Source: Patescibacteria group bacterium (GTDB taxonomy: Bacteria; Patescibacteriota; Patescibacteriia; Patescibacteriales; UBA12465). From it: a stretch of DNA of 64,000 nucleotides. The stretch is taken from NCBI GenBank assembly GCA_050949505.1, contig JBMNFV010000001.1:30284-94283 (forward strand), given 5' to 3'. Under the pieces are notes generated by a model. The model saw only the letters and a list, made by a program, of their open reading frames with translations, searched no databases and was not told the origin of the DNA. Both the position numbers and the translations under genes were made by a program. Below are positions 1 to 8,331 of this stretch, piece by piece; the first letter of the stretch is position 1, and each line of letters begins with the position of its first letter.

Positions 1-3000
1 CAGACTGCTTGTTCAAATCCTTGGCAATATTCGCTTTCCTGGTGAGTATTAGCGTCTACACATCTTTCATCGGGGTTACTTGTTGTTATTTCTCCAGTCA
101 TACATACCCCTCGATCACAAACTCCTCCATTGCTACAGGTGCCATAATAAAAGCCTCCACAACGATCTAATTTACAGACTCCATTATCCTGATCCTTCTC
201 ACAAGTGCCACAACTACCATCAGCTTGAATGGTTTCTGTACCGCTACAAGCATCTTGATAAAATACTGTCTTGTTTAAAGGAGAAGAACAGGTCCAGGAG
301 TATCTTGGCCAACGAATCTCCCAAGAAAATATATTTTTATAACTTTCATAGCATGACCCTCCCTTATTATTACTAACCCCTACATAAGGGCAACCGGATG
401 GACAGTATGGCGCCTTTCCTTTGAGACATTCGGGGGTTCCCCATCCATGACCAGAGCCAATTACCACCTCCACTACCTCACAAGAGTCTTTAACAATATC
501 CCCCTCTCTAACCGTAATCTTATGATCATTACTAGACTCTTGGACAAACCAACATTTTTTCTGACAAGTGTTAACCGGCTTACCGGCAGCACAGGATCTG
601 TTAATAAATTCTGAATGTTTGCTGTAATTAGGGTCGTCTGTGTTAGATAAATTGCAGAAATAACCATCTTGACAATAGTTATCGTTGCTAACCTGACAAG
701 TGGTGGTTCCGTTACAGCCATTGTCAACTACTCCGCAAGCCGCCCCCAAGGAACCAGCTACCTTGCCGCCACTTAAAACCGAACAATCTTTAGGAGTGCA
801 GGCGCACTCGTTATTTACACATTTAAAATTGGCATTGCCTCCGTTGATTGCCGCACAGTCATTGGGTCGGTAATTTTTTCCATAAGGATTAGAAATAGTA
901 TAACCACCTTGAGTTTCTCCACTGACTATTCCACAATTTTTACCTTGATCGGTTATATTCACATATTCTCTCACCTTAGCATCATCACCAAAAAAGGTGT
1001 ACCGACAACTAGTAGTGAGACTTACGCTTTTATTAATATAGTCCTTAGCCCAGTTAGTTGCTTGACCTTCCCAAAAGCCTAAATTAGCCGCAGCCCAATT
1101 ACTATCATTAAAATTCATTCCTCGCCAACCATTGCCTGACACTGAGTTAACACATCTAATCAATTCCAAATTACTCGGTGATATTGCTGGATTATTACTA
1201 CTTGATTCTGCAATCGCTGTTATACTTTTAGGCACCTTGCCCAAGGGTTGAGTTAAACGCGCAATTATTCCTTGTCCCGCCTTAATGTCGTCACACTTAA
1301 ATTGAACTGCTAAAACATTTTTTTCATGACTTACCTCTACGCCTGTAGTAAAGGTGCCGTTATTATTATTTCCCAGATACACCACTTTGCCATTAAAATG
1401 AATTGGAATCCGGGCGCTACTACTAGAATAATACGCTCCAGTTTCGCTAATTAATTGACAATCATTGGGAATAGTTATTGCTAATGTTCCTATTTTTTCA
1501 CGACATTGTCCGTCATAGCAGTCTTCTCCAAGAACTGAACAGGTGCCACAAACTCCGCCACAACCATCATCTCCACAGGTATTCTTATCACATTGAGGCT
1601 TACAAAAGTGAGCGCAGTCCTGAGGGCAATTTTCATAAGATTCTAGATTTTTCCCTTCATGGTCTAGGACTTGGCAAATACCATCACCACAATACCCTCC
1701 ACCCTGAACAGGAGACCGATAAACACAATATTTATTATTAGGAATTGGGTAAGGAGTATTGCCATCAAAGGTCGCACAAGCATATTGATTATTTATTTTA
1801 CTTTCTTTAACTCTATCTCTCCCGATAGCAACTCCATCTGTACCGTCACAGTCCTCGTAACCATCATTAAAGAACCCCCCTCGTCCCTCATCGTTAGGCT
1901 CCTGCTTAATGCCATCACCACAGAAGTTTTGTCCCGTTAATTTAAAGGATTTACTATCCACTGCCCCATAGTCATTACTAGACCTAATAAGTACATTGCT
2001 ATTGCTAGTTGGAGTGCTGTAGGTGTATCTTAAAACTGCTAAATTATTTTCAAAAACAATTCTACCTAAATTGGTCGTATAGTTAATATTCTGTCCCCCA
2101 TCAGCCTCGTTCTGTAATCGTGGCCCTAGGGTACAAGAATACTCTTGCCCATAACGAACTGTGGTAGGGCAGGTGAAGTTGAGCTTGGGAGGAATGTTAA
2201 TAAAGTTTATCTTAACCTTTTTTTCTGTAGATAACTGGTAATTATCAGTTACCTTGATAGTATATTCAAACTGTTTATTAGTTGAAAACGAACTACTCTT
2301 TGGTATTGGGTAGTCATAGCTTACCTTATACTTTCCCGGAGCAACCGCTTCAACTTTGCTTGGGGTAGCTTTAAGAGCTGTTGGTGGACCGCTAACAGTA
2401 AAGGCTCGCTCTGGATTGTTAGGGTTTAAGTTGTCATCTGAATAATAAAAGCTGTAGGTAAAATTCTTAAATGGGTTTAAAATAAAGCTAAAATTCTCCG
2501 CTTCAATAACTGGCGGGTCATTCTCTATTGTTATTGTCAGTCTTTCTGTGGTAACTGCTCCTTGGCTATCCGTGACCTTAACTTCAGTTAAATACTCCCC
2601 CGGAAGACCAGCTTTAATTGAATATATTTTTTTTAAATTAGGATTATTAGTATCTAAGAGAGTGGGCACTCTATCCCAAGACCTAGCGGTGTCTATTAGT
2701 CTAAACTGCCAATCCATAAAATCGTTTTCATCATCAATAAATTCCAGCCAACCAGTAAATTCATGTCCGGCCTGACCCGTCAAACGATAGTCCACTAATC
2801 GTGGTGGAGTATTTCCTCCCCCTTCCACTACACAATTAGCGGTAATCCTGGGAGAAAACTCATAATTTAAATTGGTAGTGGCTTGCTCAGACTCTAGGGT
2901 GGAGCAGAAATAATGGGACTGGCCACTCATTGAGACTCGATCATCAGTGCCATAAATATAGGCATAGCTTCCCGCTGGGAGAGTTAGATAGGCTCGTGAC

Positions 3001-3902
3001 TGCGAGTCTTCTGCTTCATAAAATTGACTCTTCTCTACGTTCCAGCAGGTCTTTAGGTCATAGCCATCGCAATAGCCTAAACGATTAATTGGATCAATAA
3101 TATTAGCTGGCAAGGCCAGTTCTTTAAGAAAATTAGCTGACCAACTAGGCCAAACTGACAAGCTCTGGCCAGCCAAATAGCTTCCTGAGCTAAGCCGGGG
3201 AGTAGTTCCAAAGGTATTTTTATATCTACCTAAAGCATCAATAATCTCTGCCACATTTCCTAGACGCTTCATGTCTCTAATTATCTTAGCCTTAGTACTA
3301 TCACAAAAGAAGCCCTTAGAACAGTCTGAATCTAAATAACAATTCTGCTCATTAACTAACTGGCAAGTATTAACTCCCGCGCCGCTCTGAGCACAGTATT
3401 GCCCTGAGCCACAATCATCATCTTTGGCACATACTTGACTAGAGATAGAACAGGTAGCCATGGTCTCCGCCGATTCTTCTAATTCAATATTAAATTTCCA
3501 ATTCTTAATAATCTGCCCCAAGATATCGGCCGTGGTGATCGCCGGGTCTTGGTTATAGGAGATTAGGTAAACATTGGTATAGATTATCTTTTTTCCCTGG
3601 TCATTAATATTTATATTAGCAACATTAACATAGACTGTTCGGCCATCACGAATCGCCTCATAGCCGTCAACTACTAAAGCTTGGGGAGAGCCAGTAAACC
3701 CTTGGTTCTGGTACCAGCGTAAAATGCTATAATGCTCTGGATTGGGAATTACTCTAATAGCAATCGCATCCGGGCTATCTAAATAGGAATTACTACTAAT
3801 AATATTTACCTCCTCTTGAGCTTTTAGTAGTCCTGAGGTAAAGAAAATTCCGCCAACGATTAGGCCTAGTAGCGTTAAATAAAATAATCTTTTTTTGTTC
3901 AT
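1..3902 (-). CDS. giant secreted Cys-rich surface protein (partial: C-terminus lies beyond window start; >=1300 aa in window); absent from supplied ORF track
   Basis: Own translation of the minus strand from ATG at 3902..3900 gives MNKKRLFYLTLLGLIVGGIFFTSGLLKAQEEVNII... The frame stays open down to base 3 (...CDRGVCMTGEITTSNPDERCVDANTHQESEYCQGFEQAV). It has a signal peptide with an A|Q site, is very Cys-rich, and has two CGDG...(E/D)CD-type repeats (FCGDGIKQEPNDE..YEDCDG; YCGDGICQVLDHEG..CPQDC). It starts 16 nt after the stop of 3919..8313. Confidence 0.8.
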   Translation of the reverse strand, partial: MNKKRLFYLTLLGLIVGGIFFTSGLLKAQEEVNIISSNSYLDSPDAIAIRVIPNPEHYSILRWYQNQGFTGSPQALVVDGYEAIRDGRTVYVNVANININDQGKKIIYTNVYLISYNQDPAITTADILGQIIKNWKFNIELEESAETMATCSISSQVCAKDDDCGSGQYCAQSGAGVNTCQLVNEQNCYLDSDCSKGFFCDSTKAKIIRDMKRLGNVAEIIDALGRYKNTFGTTPRLSSGSYLAGQSLSVWPSWSANFLKELALPANIIDPINRLGYCDGYDLKTCWNVEKSQFYEAEDSQSRAYLTLPAGSYAYIYGTDDRVSMSGQSHYFCSTLESEQATTNLNYEFSPRITANCVVEGGGNTPPRLVDYRLTGQAGHEFTGWLEFIDDENDFMDWQFRLIDTARSWDRVPTLLDTNNPNLKKIYSIKAGLPGEYLTEVKVTDSQGAVTTERLTITIENDPPVIEAENFSFILNPFKNFTYSFYYSDDNLNPNNPERAFTVSGPPTALKATPSKVEAVAPGKYKVSYDYPIPKSSSFSTNKQFEYTIKVTDNYQLSTEKKVKINFINIPPKLNFTCPTTVRYGQEYSCTLGPRLQNEADGGQNINYTTNLGRIVFENNLAVLRYTYSTPTSNSNVLIRSSNDYGAVDSKSFKLTGQNFCGDGIKQEPNDEGRGGFFNDGYEDCDGTDGVAIGRDRVKESKINNQYACATFDGNTPYPIPNNKYCVYRSPVQGGGYCGDGICQVLDHEGKNLESYENCPQDCAHFCKPQCDKNTCGDDGCGGVCGTCSVLGEDCYDGQCREKIGTLAITIPNDCQLISETGAYYSSSSARIPIHFNGKVVYLGNNNNGTFTTGVEVSHEKNVLAVQFKCDDIKAGQGIIARLTQPLGKVPKSITAIAESSSNNPAISPSNLELIRCVNSVSGNGWRGMNFNDSNWAAANLGFWEGQATNWAKDYINKSVSLTTSCRYTFFGDDAKVREYVNITDQGKNCGIVSGETQGGYTISNPYGKNYRPNDCAAINGGNANFKCVNNECACTPKDCSVLSGGKVAGSLGAACGVVDNGCNGTTTCQVSNDNYCQDGYFCNLSNTDDPNYSKHSEFINRSCAAGKPVNTCQKKCWFVQESSNDHKITVREGDIVKDSCEVVEVVIGSGHGWGTPECLKGKAPYCPSGCPYVGVSNNKGGSCYESYKNIFSWEIRWPRYSWTCSSPLNKTVFYQDACSGTETIQADGSCGTCEKDQDNGVCKLDRCGGFYYGTCSNGGVCDRGVCMTGEITTSNPDERCVDANTHQESEYCQGFEQAV

Positions 3903-3918
3903 ATCTCTATAATAGATA

Positions 3919-6900
3919 TTAATTTTTTCCTTCTAAATTTAAATAAACTTCAACTGTTTTATCGCTCTCATTGCCATGCTTATCAATCGCACTAACTGCA
4001 AAATAGGTCGCTTTTTGAGGCAGGCGACTATCGGGCAAGTTTAGAGAAAGACTATTCTGATTAACATCAAAAGAGCCTCCGTATACCCCTGAACGAGCTC
4101 CAAAGTATAATCGGTACTTTAGCTCTGGCTCACTGCCTGAGTCCCAAGAGACTAACAAGGTATTCTCCGTTACTTCAACCTTAAATCCCGTTGGCGCACT
4201 AGGAGGGGTTTTATCAGTAGCTGTTATCAATCGCTCCTGAGAAAATTGACTCTCGGTACCAGCTTCAGATATCAAATTCATTTTAAAGATATAGGGAATA
4301 TTATTCACCAAGCCATTAATGGTTGTATGACAAAGATAATTAGTTCCACTGCTATCTCGCTGACAATTCGCACCCGCTATAGACAATTCTTTTGTTTGCA
4401 TCTCTCGCTGCCCTGAACCAAGGTAATAAATTTTAAAAGCCTTGACTTGATTGCTAGTTGACTGCCAACTAACTTCCACTTGCCCGCCCTGCTTGGTGTC
4501 AACTAAATTAGTTATTTCTATTCCCGATAAAATTGATTCTCTGAAGAAATATGACTCCTTAAGCACTCCCCAAGAACAAATTCCCTGAGAAGAAACTGCT
4601 CCTAATTGACTACAGGGACTGGCATCTAGACTCCAAACCAAACTGCCTGATAGGGATACCGGATTCTCGCTAATAACTGGCAAGTCATCATAGGTACCAG
4701 GACCGCCCGCATCACGACAATAATAGAAGCGGTAATTAAAGCTATCGCAGTTTCCATCTAGACAAGCGCCCCCATCAACCCACGGGGACCATTCGCCATT
4801 GCTCTTCGGCGCTGGCCAAGGATTAGCACAAGGGAAAATAAAGATATCACTGTAATTTTTAGTTTTTGTTCCTGCGAGAGACTCTCCGGTTGTAATAATC
4901 GTTGCCGTTACCCGCGCTTCCTCATTGCTAGCCTTAGGCGAAGCGGTTACTAAAATATTATTTTGCGGCAAATTAGCAATATCTTGTCTCAGGGTTACCA
5001 CATTATTTGGTGCCGACCAGGACCAAGTCCAATCATATTCTGGGCTAGGAGCCAGCACGCGATTTTGTTTGTCTAAGGCGAGGGCGATAAATAGTTTATC
5101 ACCATCACTAACGCTATCAAAACTTGGATGATGGTAGTCGTCATCGTTTTCCTTAACATCTTGGTCTGTTCGTTGGAATAGATAAGAACGAGGACTTACT
5201 AAAACTTTATCCACCTCACAATATTTTTGATCTGGATTAGTGGTAAACTCATAGCTATACGAGTTGGTATAATCCACCGCATTAAATGTTGCCGGATTAA
5301 TGGTGTCTCCTGAGGCATTTCGGTAACCATCCGCCACCATCCCTGCTCCCGCTAAACTTAAGACTCCTTGATTATTATCTTCAGCCGCATCTCCTTTGAC
5401 CACTACATAATGCTTAGCTCCCGCAGTTAATAATTTATCGGGGAAGAATAATAGCTCAGTTCCCTTTTCGCCCTCAAAAAAGCCCGTACTCCCTTTAACT
5501 GAGCAATAAACTTTATTGTTGTCTGGAGCCGCCATTACCTGAGTCTCCAGGCCAAACCAGGCTCTCAGGCTATTCTTAGCCTTAGTCCAGACTCTAGCGA
5601 TCATTCTTTCTGACTTAGCTAAACGAAAGCCTTCCGCACTAGCTAAGTAGGTACCTTCTGGACAAGTACCAGAATCTTTTTCCTCTAATAATAGTAGGTT
5701 GTCCCAAAGTAGGCTCAAGACATTCATTTTCTGATTAAAACTAATCTTCACCGCCGTATTGCGACAAACTTCAGTTTCTGAAATATTTGGTAAAACCGCA
5801 ATCACCTCTGGTCGAGATACGCATTTTTGATCTAAACCACAAACTACCTGTTCACCACCAGCACATTCATCATCTTCAAAACAGTCACTCTCACAGTAGC
5901 CTTCAGCGCTACCACTAGGAATTGGATTTCCTTCAACACACTCATTTTCTACCCCTAAGCAACAACCCGCTTGACTAGCACAACTTAAAGGATTATCACT
6001 AGGCAAACACGAGTTATTTACCTCTGTCTCACATAAATATCTATTACTACCACTTTTCACCGCCTGACCACCGATACACTTATCCTCATCTGCTCTAAAG
6101 CAGCAACCTGACTCCCGTCCACAAATTTCCTTACTCTCATTAAACTCTGCACAATATTTATCTAACTCTGGATCTCTAGGGCTAAGGTAGGTGCTAAAGC
6201 GCCATTCAAACACTGAGTTAGGTACTTCTATAAAACACTCTTCAAGGTCATTAACACAACGCCCTTTTTTATAGGTGCTCGCTGGACAACAAACCTGTCC
6301 AGAACATTCGCTATCACTACTACACTCCCCTACAGTAAAGGGCAACTCATTGCTAACCTTATTTTTACTAAGTAGAGAAACTGGCCCTGTGATCGCTCCT
6401 AGAGGCACTGCGACCTTAGTTTCGTCAACTTGATTAGCAGTTTTTATTTGCCCACTAGTCTTTTTGTCACTATTGAAAATAACGGAAACGTCTCGAGTTC
6501 CAAAATATTCTCCCCAAAAGGTTACCAAGGTTCCCACTGGTCCTTTACTAGGCTCCATTTTACAAACACTAGGAGCTAACTCTAGGCTAGAGTTAACTAG
6601 GAAAGAATTAGGAGTCGCCTCCCTGGAGTCAATTACTACATTATTGGCTAGCTTAATCTTTATTCGATAATCTCCATCAGCTATTTCCTCTGGCACCTTA
6701 ACTATTAGTTGCTTATCTGTCCAAACTGAGTTAGCACAAATGGCTGGGAAGGTATAATTTGCCTCCAGCTCTTCAGTCTCATTAGAAAAATAGACCCGGC
6801 TCTGTCCACGAGCATTGCCAAAGCCCGTGCCTCTAATCGTAACATACTGGCCGCTAGTACCACTTTGTGGAGATAGTGAGATAATTTTAGCGCCAGCTGA

Positions 6901-8313
6901 TTCTTCTTTAACTTTTACAAACCGCAAAAAATTACTTCGCAAACTATTGTTATTAACTGTTTGCTCTACAAAGCTACCTGAGGTGCCAGTTTGAATATTG
7001 GGCACTGAGGCTGAACCGCTTAGACCAGACTCTTCATTAAAGTTGGAATGCAGTCCCTTAACATTGCTCCGGTAGTTACCGAAATAAGCTTGACCGCCAT
7101 AAAGATTGATTCCCTGATAAGCCACCTCATTATTCAAAGTTCCCGCCGCTGGGTCTATATAGCATAGACCTGGTCGGCCAATATTGTTAGGCAAGAAATC
7201 AGGAATCACTGGGCCTAGTTCATCATCAGTGTAATCAAACTCACCCGCCGAATTAACTACTTTAATCGGCCCACTAATTGCTTGGCTAGGGACTGCAATA
7301 ATTATTTGATCATTACGCCAAACATCAACACATGCTGAATTAATCTCTCCAGGAGAAAGAGCGATAACTTCACCTGAGTGAGCGGTGAAAGTCACCTGAC
7401 TAGTGCCTGCTACGTAATTGCCAAAATTATGACCAAAGATAGTGATAAAATCATTAGGCGCACCATTAGGGGTGCTTAAGTCACAACTATCCCCAGCAGA
7501 ACAGTCGGCGTCACTAAGACAAGGAGTATTAACATCTGACTGACAAAATCCTCCCAGTGGGCTAAGGCCAGTAATCACTGGCGGCCCTAAACAAACACAA
7601 GAGCTGGGATTACAAGTTAGATAGGCCCCACATTGATTATCAGCCACCTGACAAACCCCCTCCGTTTCACTAAGATTACAAGACTCACCAAAAGAACTCT
7701 TAGGCTGACAAGTATTATTATCATCACAATAATAACCTTCGGCACAGAACTGCTCTCCCTGGCTACAATCTGTGGGAGGATTTTCACACTCTGAACTCTC
7801 CCCCAAGCAAGCCCCCCAACGGTTATTGTGACAAGTAGTTATTCCCCCACAGCCACAACTCGCTGTCTCTCCTTCAGAGCAAATCACTATCTTGCCCCCA
7901 CTACCACCACTTCCCCAACTACCACTTCCTTCTCCTCCAGTGCCCCCCAGTCTACCAATTGCAAAAGTAACGATTATCCAGGCCGAGAGAATAATTCCTA
8001 AGCCTATTAACCCGGCCTTAAGAGTGTTTTTTGCTTTAGTAATCTTGTCCTCATTGCCAGCTGAAGTCATCCATAGGGTTCCCGCATAAAGTACTATACC
8101 TAAAGCAATTATTGCTAAAAATCCTAAGGCTAAATTAATAATATTAGCAATTGTTGTTCGGGGGTCTTTGCCGGTCTCTCCGATCACTCCCCCCAGCTCA
8201 TCTCCTAATTGCTCTACGCCAAAATCTTGAGCCCACACCACTCTAACTAATAGCAGACTAACTACTATTAATCCGATGATTATTAGGCTGTTAATTATTT
8301 TAGTTTTTCTCAT
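3919..8313 (-). CDS. giant (1464 aa) surface protein: N-terminal VirB2/TrbC-like pilin module fused to Gly-linker, Cys-rich knots, IPT/TIG-like, Big-like and two FN3-like domains
   Basis: Long intact ORF. The N-terminus has a signal peptide (..VVWA|QD), then KDPRTTIANIINLALGFLAIIALGIVLYAGTLWMTSAGNEDKITKAKNTLKAGLIGLGIILSAWIIVTFAI, matching the small pilin paralogs, then the linker GGTGGEGSGSWGSGGSGG. IPT/TIG-like segments include PPVITGLSP..ITIFGHNFG, AKIISLSPQSGTSGQYVTIRGTGFG and CKMEPSKGPVGTLVTFWGEYFG. The C-terminal FN3-like region reads PPSAPTGFKVEVTENTLLVSWDSG..YRLYFG. Domain names come from motif recognition, not HMM searches. Confidence 0.85.
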   Translation of the reverse strand: MRKTKIINSLIIIGLIVVSLLLVRVVWAQDFGVEQLGDELGGVIGETGKDPRTTIANIINLALGFLAIIALGIVLYAGTLWMTSAGNEDKITKAKNTLKAGLIGLGIILSAWIIVTFAIGRLGGTGGEGSGSWGSGGSGGKIVICSEGETASCGCGGITTCHNNRWGACLGESSECENPPTDCSQGEQFCAEGYYCDDNNTCQPKSSFGESCNLSETEGVCQVADNQCGAYLTCNPSSCVCLGPPVITGLSPLGGFCQSDVNTPCLSDADCSAGDSCDLSTPNGAPNDFITIFGHNFGNYVAGTSQVTFTAHSGEVIALSPGEINSACVDVWRNDQIIIAVPSQAISGPIKVVNSAGEFDYTDDELGPVIPDFLPNNIGRPGLCYIDPAAGTLNNEVAYQGINLYGGQAYFGNYRSNVKGLHSNFNEESGLSGSASVPNIQTGTSGSFVEQTVNNNSLRSNFLRFVKVKEESAGAKIISLSPQSGTSGQYVTIRGTGFGNARGQSRVYFSNETEELEANYTFPAICANSVWTDKQLIVKVPEEIADGDYRIKIKLANNVVIDSREATPNSFLVNSSLELAPSVCKMEPSKGPVGTLVTFWGEYFGTRDVSVIFNSDKKTSGQIKTANQVDETKVAVPLGAITGPVSLLSKNKVSNELPFTVGECSSDSECSGQVCCPASTYKKGRCVNDLEECFIEVPNSVFEWRFSTYLSPRDPELDKYCAEFNESKEICGRESGCCFRADEDKCIGGQAVKSGSNRYLCETEVNNSCLPSDNPLSCASQAGCCLGVENECVEGNPIPSGSAEGYCESDCFEDDECAGGEQVVCGLDQKCVSRPEVIAVLPNISETEVCRNTAVKISFNQKMNVLSLLWDNLLLLEEKDSGTCPEGTYLASAEGFRLAKSERMIARVWTKAKNSLRAWFGLETQVMAAPDNNKVYCSVKGSTGFFEGEKGTELLFFPDKLLTAGAKHYVVVKGDAAEDNNQGVLSLAGAGMVADGYRNASGDTINPATFNAVDYTNSYSYEFTTNPDQKYCEVDKVLVSPRSYLFQRTDQDVKENDDDYHHPSFDSVSDGDKLFIALALDKQNRVLAPSPEYDWTWSWSAPNNVVTLRQDIANLPQNNILVTASPKASNEEARVTATIITTGESLAGTKTKNYSDIFIFPCANPWPAPKSNGEWSPWVDGGACLDGNCDSFNYRFYYCRDAGGPGTYDDLPVISENPVSLSGSLVWSLDASPCSQLGAVSSQGICSWGVLKESYFFRESILSGIEITNLVDTKQGGQVEVSWQSTSNQVKAFKIYYLGSGQREMQTKELSIAGANCQRDSSGTNYLCHTTINGLVNNIPYIFKMNLISEAGTESQFSQERLITATDKTPPSAPTGFKVEVTENTLLVSWDSGSEPELKYRLYFGARSGVYGGSFDVNQNSLSLNLPDSRLPQKATYFAVSAIDKHGNESDKTVEVYLNLEGKN

Positions 8314-8331
8314 ACTCTAAATCCTGGCTAA

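Noticed and set aside
80-2775. Track ORFs 80..376(+), 473..727(-), 1478..1741(+), 1671..1940(+) and 2548..2775(+).
   Set aside because: All lie inside the uninterrupted minus-strand frame that starts at 3902; 473..727 is in a different minus frame. They are short, overlap one another and have odd composition (H/Y/L-rich). They are shadow ORFs of the giant gene.
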